Source of the DNA: a virus
Virus record (IMG/VR): IMGVR_UViG_3300030580_000016
Length of the DNA stretch: 48,115 bases
Strand: one strand, 5' to 3'
A model generated the notes under the pieces. The model saw only the letters and a list, made by a program, of their open reading frames with translations. It had not been told where the DNA came from and searched no databases. A program made the position numbers and the translations under genes. Below are positions 1 to 8,730 of this stretch, piece by piece (the stretch's first letter is position 1; every line of letters starts with the position of its first letter).

Positions 1-127
1 CTACCGAGCCATAAGTCTGAATCGCGCCCGGAGGCCCGATCTGACTAAATGCTCCCGGTGCTCCTGCACCACTAGTACCAAGATTCTGGCTATAGTTAAG
101 AGCAAATCCAGCAATGGAATTAGTAAG
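1..127. repeat. Terminal direct repeat, copy 1 (identical to 47989..48115)
   Basis: Base-by-base comparison: the 127 nt ctaccgagccataag...caatggaattagtaag occur at both window ends. Unique genome length is 47,988 bp. Confidence 0.95.
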
Positions 128-295
128 AGTAGTACCATCCCATGCACGGATAAACCCGGCGTTAAGTTGAAGCGGAGTTCCAATCTTATAAGTCTGCCCA
201 GATTGTTCAGGCTGGCTATTCGTGAAAGGAGTCAGCCCAGTAGTCGTCTCAACAACTCCAATTGGAATGTGAGTAGTAAGATTCGGACCTGCCAT
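1..295 (-). CDS. 5' part of a junction-spanning head-module gene (218 aa in total; possible capsid decoration/accessory protein). Continues at 47627..48115.
   Basis: ATG at 295 with AGAAGGA 7 nt upstream. My translation MAGPNLTTHIPIGVVETTTGLTPFTNSQPEQSGQTYKIGTPLQLNAGFIRAWDGTTLTNS... stays open to base 1. Through the repeat it is in frame with ...ATYDNSTGTVAANWTPTQ...QIFTA* ending at 47627. It lies directly upstream of the capsid gene. Confidence 0.7.
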   Translation of the reverse strand, partial: MAGPNLTTHIPIGVVETTTGLTPFTNSQPEQSGQTYKIGTPLQLNAGFIRAWDGTTLTNSIAGFALNYSQNLGTSGAGAPGAFSQIGPPGAIQTYGSV

Positions 296-318
296 TTTTT
301 AATCCTTCTTTCTATTTA

Positions 319-1050
319 TTAAACTTCAACACCGGGATCGTAGAACGTCATTTTCTTCATTGCTGAAGCGTCACGAAAGTCACTACCTACCCCAGATTCC
401 TGTGTCATATATTGATTTGCCATAGATGCGGCACGAGTACGGCTACTAGCTTGATCGGTAGTTCTAACCGCACGTTCGTGAGCTGCACGAAGAGCACGAT
501 AGTAAGTTGCTTTGTCGATCTTCATTGCAACTACGTCGTTGAAGCAGTAGTGGCCGTCTGCGTCTAAGGAGGTCTGAATAGCATCAGCACTTACTAAATC
601 ATTAGGCTCGATATAAGTAAATCCCTTACCGATCTTATCTCCAAGATTCTGCGGGTTCTTATTAACCCATCGTGCTTCGTAGTTCGAGTCCCGCAATTTA
701 ATAGCAAGTACATCAGCATCCATGAACGCCTTAGCTTCGATCGGCACGCTAAGATCGTAAACATCGTCCATAGTAAGTTTGGAGAAGTCTGTGATATTAA
801 CAGCAGCCTTTGGTAGCACTTGTCCCGGCATGTTGGGATTGAATTTAGAAGAAGCAATAGCCTTGCGTGTCTGCTCTTCTACGATCTTAGCAACTGCAAT
901 CATCTGTGCGGCAGTAAGCGGGACTTCGGTGCTCACGGCTGGCGCATCTACTTTCACGGCTGGTTTTACGAAGGGCTTAGCCGCAACTGGCGCGTCTTCT
1001 CGCAAGTCCTTGAACATATCCAATGGGTCGATCTCGTTTTCGTTAGACAT
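319..1050 (-). CDS. Hypothetical head-module protein (243 aa)
   Basis: Long ORF with AGAAGG RBS. Its start overlaps the end of the upstream scaffold-like gene by 8 nt. It lies between the scaffold-like and capsid genes. No motif recognised. Confidence 0.8.
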   Translation of the reverse strand: MSNENEIDPLDMFKDLREDAPVAAKPFVKPAVKVDAPAVSTEVPLTAAQMIAVAKIVEEQTRKAIASSKFNPNMPGQVLPKAAVNITDFSKLTMDDVYDLSVPIEAKAFMDADVLAIKLRDSNYEARWVNKNPQNLGDKIGKGFTYIEPNDLVSADAIQTSLDADGHYCFNDVVAMKIDKATYYRALRAAHERAVRTTDQASSRTRAASMANQYMTQESGVGSDFRDASAMKKMTFYDPGVEV

Positions 1051-1729
1051 ACTCTAGTTGCCTTCTGGAAGTAATCCAGTCTTTCTCTGAGATTCCCATA
1101 CGTTTTGCTACCAGCTTTTCGTCAGCATTAAGAGTCTCGGACTCGCCTTCGCTCTTGCCGCTATTGCCACTTGAGGAGTTAGAATCAAACACATTCGCAC
1201 TGTTACGCGATTTGATCTTACCCTCTTGTATATCTTTCATGTGGTCGAACATTACTAGTTTGTAGCAATTCTCAACCACATCCGCACGGCACTGAGCATC
1301 AAGTGTCTGCTGCGAAATCATAGCATCTACCTTGGACTTAATATCTCCGTGATAGTATTCCTTATCCGCAAGCGCATCCTGCTTATTCATCTTCGCCGCC
1401 AGCATCTTTACCGCGGTATTAGTACCACGATTCATTCTGCTAACAGCATCCGCTGGATCAAGCATGAAATCTTCTGCTGTAACTTCTGGTCCCTTATTCT
1501 CGTTTGCCTTCGCAACTCGCGCCGCCTCTGCTCTATCAGCGCGCTCTTGCGCCATAGCCGCAGCCATTTCAAGAATCGGGCGCATCTTCTCATCTTGTGC
1601 GGCCTGCATTTCTGTTAGGGATGTTTTGAAAGAAGTAGTAAGTTCCTCTTTCAATTTCTCCGGTTTGAACTCTACATCGTCGAGCTTTTCACCTTCTACT
1701 AACTGCCCATCTCTTCGATACCACGGCAT
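1043..1729 (-). CDS. Scaffolding-like protein (228 aa, charged, helical)
   Basis: AAGGAG RBS 7 nt upstream. E/K/A-rich helical composition (..MQAAQDEKMRPILEMAAAMAQERADRAEAARVAKANE..). Position between portal and capsid genes. Function assigned by synteny and composition only. Confidence 0.6.
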   Translation of the reverse strand: MPWYRRDGQLVEGEKLDDVEFKPEKLKEELTTSFKTSLTEMQAAQDEKMRPILEMAAAMAQERADRAEAARVAKANENKGPEVTAEDFMLDPADAVSRMNRGTNTAVKMLAAKMNKQDALADKEYYHGDIKSKVDAMISQQTLDAQCRADVVENCYKLVMFDHMKDIQEGKIKSRNSANVFDSNSSSGNSGKSEGESETLNADEKLVAKRMGISEKDWITSRRQLEYV

Positions 1730-1740
1730 AAGCCATCTCC

Positions 1741-1887
1741 TTATACTTTATTGCTTTTGAAGTTCTTTACTATATAACCAATCCCAACTACCTCGTTATA
1801 AGCATCGAGTTGTCCTTTCAGATAACCCTTGCCATAATCTGTGATCCCTTCTTTACTATCAAAGAAATCATCTTTAACTCTGTCCAT
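1741..1887 (-). CDS. Possible small ORF (48 aa, MDRVKDDFFDSKEG...)
   Basis: Internal ATG of track ORF 1741..2046. The upstream part of that ORF overlaps the portal C-terminus. No clear RBS. Confidence 0.3.
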   Translation of the reverse strand: MDRVKDDFFDSKEGITDYGKGYLKGQLDAYNEVVGIGYIVKNFKSNKV

Positions 1888-3844
1888 TAGTGCTAGTAGG
1901 TACTCCACCAGCAATTGCCCCGCCGCCGACTGGTACAGCTCCAGGATTATTACCCTCGCTTGCATCAGGTTGTCCAGCGCCACTTGGCTGTCCAGATTGC
2001 GGACTTGGCTGTTGACCTCCAACGCTTGACTGTGGGCTAAGTTCATTAGGGCGTCCTTTATCTAATAGTGCGGGTCGTGGTACTAGCCGCTCGTAATCGT
2101 CGTGACCGAAGTTCTGTACTATTTGCTTGTACAGCGATTGCTTCGCTCGGAGTACATCGGTGTAGTATTCTATCAAGTCAGGGGGAGCGCCTTGCATTCC
2201 CATAGCTTGAATCATCTGAGCATCGCCCTGATAGAGGCCACTTAGAGTTTGAGATAGCATTATATCATTCTGCTTCTCTAGTTCCTTATTCATACTAGCG
2301 GTGCTACTGCGAATACTCAGTCCTAATTTTCCAGACTTAATGTTCTCAAAAGCAGCTTTCAGGGCTTCTGCGTTATCACCGTACTGTCGTAACTTCTTAC
2401 CAATTCCGAAGTGAGCATACATCTTAGCGAACTTCGAGCCGGCTCTAGAATGTGCGGATCGCATATCTGACATGCGTAGGCCGGTTCTAGAATTTTGTTG
2501 CTGAAGTACGGCGAAGGTGCCTTGGCTAGAATAGATTCCACGTTTGCTGTTGACAATACCGCCACCAGTACCTCCTGTTGCAGGATCTATTCCTGTGCGT
2601 TCTTTTACTAGGGCTAACGATAAATTCTCCCCGTCAAGCGAATCAGCTTGGGGATTGTTAAGTTCAAGTCTTTCGATCTCACCTGGATCAGCAGGCACGA
2701 GAACACCAGGATAAAACTGTAGAATCGAATGAAGCTTCGAATTCTTATTAACGCGAAACGCTGTTGTATTGGAAAGTGTTTTAGCATTGATTCGTTGGCG
2801 ATGCATCTCGCCAATTTCATCTTGCAGTGCTTTGAGCATTTCTGCAAAACCGTATCCATAATACTGGTCATCATCATATGCCAACTTTGCGTCTTCGAAG
2901 ATATCCATGTTCTCTGGATAGTAGTTGAAGAAAGATACTAACCGAGTCTTGCTTCGTGGATGGTGAGTGCATTGCAAACGGTAGTTCTGTCCGTTGTGCT
3001 GATAACGAAACCAGCACTCATAAAGATCGTACTCGTCGCTGAGCGATCCCGAACTAGTAGCCCCTAATCCCTGCTTCTCTTCAATGTAGTTCTGAAGAAC
3101 ATCTGACTGACTACGATCAGGCTGGGCAATAATAGCATCAATATCTTCATCTTTGAAAAACTTCAGAGCTTTCTTGTCTTCGAGTGTCTTTCTAGAGACA
3201 GTCATTATGTGGCATTTGAATTTTGAATCTTCGAGCTTCTGTGTACTGATATCTGTCAGGAACTTATTAAGCGGAATGTTCTCAGGACGAGGACCATCGA
3301 GTCGGATTACTTCTTTCGTCTCGTACTTGTAATCCTCACCGCTCATTCCATCCGTAGATACTATCTGATTCTCTACGTGATAGAGCCAAGGGAACTTAAT
3401 AATACCAGTACCATTCCTAATAGTACCAGCGAACCACGCTTCCTCTACTCGGTAGAAGTCCAGTTCCGAAGGCTCCAGCGCCATATTACTAAGGAACTTC
3501 TCGATAGCAGAACGCTGGTCGTCACCTTCGCCGGTCTTAATATCACCGTAAATCTTAGCCGTCCACAGAGGATCAGTCATGTACATAGCCATGACTCTAG
3601 CTAGTAGATTATCGCTATTCGAAGCAATAATCTGAATCTCTATATTAGAAGCCCCCGGCCAAGGAGTATCACGGGAGTCGTTCTTGGGAGTACCTTTGTA
3701 AAGTCGAGCGTACTCTTTCAGTTTATCTTCTCTGAAATTCCGAGTACGCTCGTACCAGTAAGCCGTGGATTCCTCCACAAATTTCCACATCTCTTCAGTA
3801 GCATCTTTTCCGAAATTAGTTTTGACCGGTCGTATCGCTGGCAT
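1874..3844 (-). CDS. Portal protein (656 aa)
   Basis: Largest ORF of the head module, downstream of terL and upstream of the scaffold-like and capsid genes. AAGGTAG RBS. Low-complexity G/Q/P/S C-terminal tail. Assigned by size and synteny. Confidence 0.7.
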   Translation of the reverse strand: MPAIRPVKTNFGKDATEEMWKFVEESTAYWYERTRNFREDKLKEYARLYKGTPKNDSRDTPWPGASNIEIQIIASNSDNLLARVMAMYMTDPLWTAKIYGDIKTGEGDDQRSAIEKFLSNMALEPSELDFYRVEEAWFAGTIRNGTGIIKFPWLYHVENQIVSTDGMSGEDYKYETKEVIRLDGPRPENIPLNKFLTDISTQKLEDSKFKCHIMTVSRKTLEDKKALKFFKDEDIDAIIAQPDRSQSDVLQNYIEEKQGLGATSSGSLSDEYDLYECWFRYQHNGQNYRLQCTHHPRSKTRLVSFFNYYPENMDIFEDAKLAYDDDQYYGYGFAEMLKALQDEIGEMHRQRINAKTLSNTTAFRVNKNSKLHSILQFYPGVLVPADPGEIERLELNNPQADSLDGENLSLALVKERTGIDPATGGTGGGIVNSKRGIYSSQGTFAVLQQQNSRTGLRMSDMRSAHSRAGSKFAKMYAHFGIGKKLRQYGDNAEALKAAFENIKSGKLGLSIRSSTASMNKELEKQNDIMLSQTLSGLYQGDAQMIQAMGMQGAPPDLIEYYTDVLRAKQSLYKQIVQNFGHDDYERLVPRPALLDKGRPNELSPQSSVGGQQPSPQSGQPSGAGQPDASEGNNPGAVPVGGGAIAGGVPTSTNGQS

Positions 3845-4061
3845 TTGATTCTACCTTAACTTCGGGATTAGATGATACAGTTGTTACTTGATTTGGGGAG
3901 GGCTGCATGTGACTTATACCGCACAGGGTACTACCTACTCCAGCGAAGTAATAACCAAGCTGGAGATTGTACTTCGCCGCGAGATACATGGAAGTGAAAA
4001 GTACGAGAATCCCCCAGAATGTTAGTGGAAGATTCCCGATTGCTTTTATGATCGAAACCAT
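3816..4061 (-). CDS. Small membrane protein, two predicted TM helices (81 aa); holin-like candidate
   Basis: GAGGA RBS 7 nt upstream. Hydrophobic segments LPLTFWGILVLFTSMYLAA and LGYYFAGVGSTLCGI, followed by a polar C-terminal tail. Confidence 0.65.
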   Translation of the reverse strand: MVSIIKAIGNLPLTFWGILVLFTSMYLAAKYNLQLGYYFAGVGSTLCGISHMQPSPNQVTTVSSNPEVKVESNASDTTGQN

Positions 4062-4075
4062 TTCTTAATCCTCAG

Positions 4076-4525
4076 TCATGCAGGAGTTTGAACAGCGGCA
4101 CCAGTTACGGGAGCGGCTACAGATGCGGCGACGGCGGGTGTAGTAGTTGCAGCGGGCTGCGTAGTAATAAATGCATTCGACGCAGCTACGAGGCTGTTTA
4201 CGAAAGTCGTATACTGTGCGGTGGTGACAGTGGCAGGATTAACTCCAAGCGCAGTAAGAGTCGGCCCGAGGGAAGTAGCAAGTGAAGATACAACAGATGC
4301 AAGCTTTACAGCATTACTCCCGGTCGTATTCCCAGCCGCAACTCCAAGAGCTTCTGCGTTTCCGATTGCAGTAATACCAGTCTGGATCAGAGTAGAAAGA
4401 CCCGGCATGTACGCATTCTCAAAAGGAGTAGCGATCGTCTGAACTTCCTGCACAATCGGCGCAGCTTTCTTAAAAATACTGGCAATATCTTCGCCAGCTT
4501 TTTCAAGTACAGTAAGGAATGACAT
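4076..4525 (-). CDS. Ala/Thr/Val-rich hypothetical protein (149 aa)
   Basis: AGGGAG RBS. Fills the gap between neighbouring genes. Low-complexity C-terminus (PAATTTPAVAASVAAPVTGAAVQTPA). Confidence 0.7.
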   Translation of the reverse strand: MSFLTVLEKAGEDIASIFKKAAPIVQEVQTIATPFENAYMPGLSTLIQTGITAIGNAEALGVAAGNTTGSNAVKLASVVSSLATSLGPTLTALGVNPATVTTAQYTTFVNSLVAASNAFITTQPAATTTPAVAASVAAPVTGAAVQTPA

Positions 4526-4538
4526 AATATAAATCTCC

Positions 4539-4796
4539 CTATTTCCAGAAATGATCTAGTATTCTAAGAATCACAGCGGTGATAACTCCACCCGCCGCAC
4601 TATATGATGCAAGCTTGATCTTAAGTGTAAGTATATCCGTAGATACCTTGGTTACTTTTTGCTCAAGACTGTGTAAATCTTTTCTGTTCTGTGAATGTTT
4701 CTCAGTTGTGTCGATCTTTAGATTACTCAGTTTCTCATTAAGTACTGCTTGGCCTATAGCAAGATCGACTAAGCTCACTTCGCCGCTCTCGCCCAT
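4539..4796 (-). CDS. Coiled-coil protein with C-terminal TM anchor (85 aa)
   Basis: ATG at 4796 lies 1 nt after the terL stop (TAGTATG). MGESGEVSLVDL...LKIKLASYSAAGGVITAVILRILDHFWK. The longer track ORF (to 5102) overlaps terL and is rejected. Confidence 0.6.
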   Translation of the reverse strand: MGESGEVSLVDLAIGQAVLNEKLSNLKIDTTEKHSQNRKDLHSLEQKVTKVSTDILTLKIKLASYSAAGGVITAVILRILDHFWK

Positions 4797-4797
4797 A

Positions 4798-6636
4798 CTA
4801 ATACCCCGAGATACTATTTCGTATATTTCGCTTGTACTGATTCTTTCTTCGAAGAATTTCCATTTCAATCTCGTCAGTGTTAGTATCAAAATCCCATACT
4901 TGCGGCCCATAGCCCAAAGTATCGAGTACGTCAACGAGTTTCCCGGCGGGATAGGTTTCAAATTCCTCGTGGAACTCTTCCATTCCCTTGCTATTAAGCC
5001 AAAATTCTCCGCGTTCAAAAATAGGTCCGAGACCATCAATACGCATTTTCTTAGCATTCTTGGTCTTGGGAGTAATAAGCTCCTTGATGGTAAGGTTGCC
5101 ATATCTAGGATCTCGTCTTCGTTCTTCTTTTATTTTGTACTCTAAGTGGTACTTGAGGTATTTTTGAGCGGCGATTGTTTCCATGTATATACAATCAAGT
5201 TTCCACACCTCGACTGCGAGATATAACATTGTGTCGATGAACTCGTCTGTACCACAGGATTTAGCCCATACATCGAGTAAGTACACCCGTCTTGGATTCT
5301 CGGCCACTCCGGTAATAGTAATAGCATGTCTGCACCTACCCTCATTGCCGCTATGATTAGGGTCTACGATCATGTAGCGTTTTAGATTACGTGGGGCGAT
5401 ATCTTCTTCTACGTCGCCTTCGTGAACCTTGTGCCGTATTAGAACTTTCTGCCGAACCTTAGTAGCACCATTCTTAGTCATTGGCGCGGCGTCGGTGTAA
5501 GTGAAATTGGAGTCTTTAATAAACTCATAATACCTAAGACTACGCTTATCAAACTTTACCTCGGCCGGATTAATAGGTACATTAAGATACTGGCAGCTAA
5601 ATAGATAAGAGCCGAGACGCTGCTTGTAACGAGCAAGCTTCTCCAAGTTGAATGCTTCTGGAAAAATTGGCACGCCGAAAGGGTGTAAAGAACAGCAGCC
5701 ACCAAGGGCGCTATGAGTAGTAAAATTAAAATACTGCTCATTACTGCGAATGTAGCTATTAAGATCCTTGTAGCTCCATCGGTTCCCGACAATAATCTCA
5801 TCATTATCCCTACCACCATCATCTATTGCGGCGTCAAAGGCGCCCACGAGTAGTTGATGATACTCGATAGTTTTCTGCATCGTGGTGTCGGATTCAAATG
5901 CCGCTCTACCAACAAGATCATCTTGGATAACCATATCGTAATGGCGAGATTGTAGGGCAGATCCCACACCGATAAAATCAAATGTTCCTTCACCTTGAAT
6001 TCTACCAGCTTTAGTACGCATTTGATGTAGACTTTCATCATTTTGCGTACAGCTAGAATCAGGTAGTATTTCCGGGAAAAGATATTTGAACAGAGCATTA
6101 TCTCTGTAATGTCCATAAAATCGCACACCAAGCTTCTTCGCATTGTTAATAACCTCGCTAACTAGTAGAATGCGAATATCTTGATTATGTACATACCTCA
6201 TCCACTGGATGTATCTATCACCATGCCCCATAGCACGCATGTACAACTCATCCTCATAACTAAAAGGAAGCGCGCGCCACATTGGGTAGCATTCTGAGTA
6301 GACGGTAGATTTGAAATGGTCACGAGGTATCTCGATTACTTCTTTCAGGCCATCTTTCTCTACTACTTGGCACATCTGAAAGTGCATGTTTCTATCAGGA
6401 TCGGGGTTCTTCTGGAACTTATTCTTGCCGAGAATTACTGTTGCGAAGTAGAACAAAGACCCAAGAGCATTCAACCTATGAATAACCCGCATCGTTTTTT
6501 CATCGGGATGCGTAGGAGGTATTACTTTATACGACCTCGTAACACTCGCCGGGAGATATAACCCACCCGTCTCGCTATACTCATACTCCGCGTTTTTGTC
6601 TAGGACGGCTTCTAAATCCTTCTGAGTATAGCTCAT
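4798..6636 (-). CDS. terL: Terminase large subunit (612 aa)
   Basis: Walker-A-like PRDHFKST, Walker-B-like YDMVIQDD, and C-terminal nuclease-like acidic motifs (MIVDPNHSG, VDVLDTLGY). Size and position match the packaging module. Confidence 0.85.
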   Translation of the reverse strand: MSYTQKDLEAVLDKNAEYEYSETGGLYLPASVTRSYKVIPPTHPDEKTMRVIHRLNALGSLFYFATVILGKNKFQKNPDPDRNMHFQMCQVVEKDGLKEVIEIPRDHFKSTVYSECYPMWRALPFSYEDELYMRAMGHGDRYIQWMRYVHNQDIRILLVSEVINNAKKLGVRFYGHYRDNALFKYLFPEILPDSSCTQNDESLHQMRTKAGRIQGEGTFDFIGVGSALQSRHYDMVIQDDLVGRAAFESDTTMQKTIEYHQLLVGAFDAAIDDGGRDNDEIIVGNRWSYKDLNSYIRSNEQYFNFTTHSALGGCCSLHPFGVPIFPEAFNLEKLARYKQRLGSYLFSCQYLNVPINPAEVKFDKRSLRYYEFIKDSNFTYTDAAPMTKNGATKVRQKVLIRHKVHEGDVEEDIAPRNLKRYMIVDPNHSGNEGRCRHAITITGVAENPRRVYLLDVWAKSCGTDEFIDTMLYLAVEVWKLDCIYMETIAAQKYLKYHLEYKIKEERRRDPRYGNLTIKELITPKTKNAKKMRIDGLGPIFERGEFWLNSKGMEEFHEEFETYPAGKLVDVLDTLGYGPQVWDFDTNTDEIEMEILRRKNQYKRNIRNSISGY

Positions 6637-6775
6637 AGATCCACAGTTTCTGTTTTAGGATTTTTAACTCGGCATTCGCAGAAGCTAGTTGGGTTTGGAA
6701 GGTCATTATATCTACCGCTGCGCGTCGAAGTAGAGCGCATAGGCCGAGGTAGTTATACGTTCTCATTCGCGCCAT
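6581..6775 (-). CDS. Possible small ORF (64 aa) overlapping the terL start
   Basis: AGGA 9 nt upstream of the ATG. Overlaps terL by 56 nt. No recognisable motif. Confidence 0.3.
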   Translation of the reverse strand: MARMRTYNYLGLCALLRRAAVDIMTFQTQLASANAELKILKQKLWIYELYSEGFRSRPRQKRGV

Positions 6776-6985
6776 TGGTCATCGTCCTAATAACTCGGCA
6801 CCACCGCTTCGCGGCGGATGCCTCGCGGACTGTTTTTTAGCCTGCCGAAGGTCCGACGCAATAATTGTTTGTTACTAATACAGAGACCTAACTAGTAAGG
6901 TGGCGCTTCGCATCTTCGGCTGGGCTACCTAGCGCAGTGTCCGAGGCCGCAACTAGGATTTAATGAGTATGCGTACGGTTGATTA

Positions 6986-7624
6986 CTAGTTAGGCTTCTG
7001 TAAACTTAGATCGAGTTCTTCGAGGGTTTTCTCAGTGTTCTCTTCGCTCATCCCGCGCATCTGTTCGCCAGCGGCCCCGGCACTAACAGTGAATCCGCCA
7101 GCGGCCTCGTTCATACTAGTAGACTTCGGCGCGCCCGCGAGCAGGGCCATGAGGTTATTAGCAACGCTCTGGTCCACTGCCATGTTAGGCTTGGTCTCAA
7201 CAGTCACACTGCTCTTACTAACCTTCGCTAGAGTACCTTCGCGGTCCATTACTTCCAGCGCGGCTTTGAAGCGCAGGTTCGGCCCATACTTGCCGAGGAT
7301 GCTGTCTCGAATGACCATCATGCTACTTGGGATCATGCTGCGAAGCTCCTCGCGGGAGTTATCAATATCCTGACGTAGTTGCTGGTCGTACGCGCTTACT
7401 ACCCCACTCGCCAACTCTATCATCTTCGCATGGTACTCAGGAAGCTGGCGCACTAGCACTACAGTCTGCTTATTAATCCCAAGGTGATTAGCAATCTGCT
7501 CGTTCGAGTACCCCGCCGGGTCTAGACTCAGCCGCGCAATCCGCTCGATTTTAAGCGCACGCTTCCACGTCATCTTCAACGTGGGGTGCAACGCGCTCGG
7601 GTTATTAGGATTCGCGGGAGCCAT
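6986..7624 (-). CDS. terS: Terminase small subunit candidate (212 aa, HTH)
   Basis: GAGGA RBS. HTH-like segment YSNEQIANHLGINKQTVVLV. Among the first genes of the minus-strand operon, upstream of terL. Confidence 0.6.
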   Translation of the reverse strand: MAPANPNNPSALHPTLKMTWKRALKIERIARLSLDPAGYSNEQIANHLGINKQTVVLVRQLPEYHAKMIELASGVVSAYDQQLRQDIDNSREELRSMIPSSMMVIRDSILGKYGPNLRFKAALEVMDREGTLAKVSKSSVTVETKPNMAVDQSVANNLMALLAGAPKSTSMNEAAGGFTVSAGAAGEQMRGMSEENTEKTLEELDLSLQKPN

Positions 7625-7778
7625 TTATAAAATCCTCTATACTCGTATTACTATGCTCACTACTAATCAGGCACAGGCCGGGTTCGGAGGAGTTAGTGGC
7701 TGGAACTATCAGGGACTTATCCCAAGCATAATCGCGACTGAATTTCTCCAGCGCCTCTATTATTTTCGATTCCGCCAT
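7605..7778 (-). CDS. Small hypothetical protein (57 aa, MAESKIIEALEKF...)
   Basis: Internal ATG of track ORF 7605..7913 with GGGAG 8 nt upstream. Overlaps the terS start by 20 nt. Confidence 0.5.
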   Translation of the reverse strand: MAESKIIEALEKFSRDYAWDKSLIVPATNSSEPGLCLISSEHSNTSIEDFINGSRES

Positions 7779-7986
7779 ATATTTAACTCCCAGCACGAAC
7801 ACCGGCTCGGTGCTCTGATACCCCTTACTATATATAGATAGGGGGAAAATAAAAAGACCGCTATACACGGTGCATACTCCCGCATACCCCACTTGCGCCC
7901 TCCGGGCCACCACGCCCCTTCGCGCACCTCTTTAATACTTGCTTCGCAACTCGGAATAAGAACTTATTATTACTTTCTAAAGTGCG

Positions 7987-8002
7987 AATTTTTTAAAAAA
8001 TT
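7987..8002. repeat. Perfect 16-bp all-A/T palindrome AATTTTTTAAAAAATT
   Basis: Read directly. Located in the divergent control region. Confidence 0.9.
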
Positions 8003-8095
8003 GTTTTGGTACACCCCGGCCTGTTGAGTTACATTTCGATTTTTTGGAGGTGGGTGCTAATAGGAATGCTTTAGCAGTAGCGCGGCGCGAAGCGC

Positions 8096-8107
8096 ATTGT
8101 ATACAAT
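8096..8107. repeat. Perfect 12-bp palindrome ATTGTATACAAT (operator-like)
   Basis: Read directly. Flanked by GC-rich sequence, about 90 bp upstream of the first early promoter. Confidence 0.85.
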
Positions 8108-8173
8108 AGTGGATACATAGTAGTACGCAGCCATGTATGCGCGCTGTTATATACTTAGTAACTAAAGAGATAG

Positions 8174-8215
8174 TTCGCACGCGCGAGTAGGACGTGTATA
8201 ATTACGACAGCAGCA
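8174..8215 (+). promoter_or_regulatory. Early promoter candidate E1 (TTCGCA-17-TATAAT) with conserved downstream box
   Basis: -35 TTCGCA at 8174-8179 and -10 TATAAT at 8197-8202. The core GTGTATAAT-N4-ACAGCAGCA recurs at 8305-8326. Confidence 0.5.
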
Positions 8216-8284
8216 GTTATAACTAACAGGCTGGCGGAGTAATCTGTAAGAGAAAAAAGATTTTCGAAATAAAGTTTTACGAAA

Positions 8285-8326
8285 CGCGCATAGAGCTACA
8301 AAGTGTGTATAATAGATACAGCAGCA
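8285..8326 (+). promoter_or_regulatory. Early promoter candidate E2 (weak -35, TATAAT) with the same downstream box
   Basis: -10 TATAAT at 8308-8313. Identical GTGTATAAT-N4-ACAGCAGCA core with the same spacing as E1. About 55 nt upstream of the first early gene. Confidence 0.45.
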
Positions 8327-8379
8327 ACGATGCGGTAACAGAGACTAGCTGATACTAGTCCATAGCAAAGGAGATTACC

Positions 8380-8643
8380 ATGAACGTTACGATTATGTTG
8401 AATGACCACCAAGTAGAAGCGCTGGCCAAACTGGGATTGGCTGATGATGTTGAGACGCTTGCGTCTAACGCGGTCGCAACGGCACTCAAAGGCAAGTTCA
8501 AGTATTACGCGGATAAAGCGGAGAGCGATACGGCGAAGTCGTATGATTGGGCGATTCGGAGTGGCGCGAAGTTTGATAAGGATAAGGGCGCGTTTGTCAG
8601 CGGGTACATGTTCCAGCTTCGGGAGATACTGAAGAATCTCTAG
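8380..8643 (+). CDS. Hypothetical early protein (87 aa)
   Basis: AAAGGAG RBS 7 nt upstream. First ORF of the plus-strand arm. Confidence 0.7.
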   Translation: MNVTIMLNDHQVEALAKLGLADDVETLASNAVATALKGKFKYYADKAESDTAKSYDWAIRSGAKFDKDKGAFVSGYMFQLREILKNL

Positions 8644-8730
8644 TAGTAGCACAAGCCGAAATAGGGGGAAGGGCTAGGCAGTGCTGAGCGCCCCTTATAT
8701 GCACGTAACGCGTGCACTGACGAGGCTTTT

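Noticed and set aside
1-183. Track ORF of 60 aa on the minus strand at the left window edge
   Set aside because: It is out of frame with the ATG-295 gene, which has an RBS and continues in phase through the terminal repeat. The sequence is Leu/Arg-rich and looks like a shadow frame.
4579-5145. 188-aa plus-strand ORF. Similar long antisense ORFs: 26285..26779 (-), 31657..32103 (+), 41502..41918 (+), 22328..22753 (+), 21046..21438 (-), 28628..29005 (+), 40776..41150 (+), 8296..8652 (-)
   Set aside because: All lie fully inside, and antisense or out of frame to, longer ORFs with recognisable motifs or operon context. They lack RBSs and have low-complexity shadow-frame composition.
7779-7913. 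N-terminal extension of ORF 7605..7913
   Set aside because: There is no RBS at 7913 and the extension would run through the predicted late-promoter region. The internal ATG at 7778 has GGGAG at the correct spacing.
7977-8180. 67-aa minus-strand ORF in the divergent control region
   Set aside because: It has a non-ATG start and no RBS, and it covers the palindromes and promoter elements. The region is better explained as regulatory DNA.
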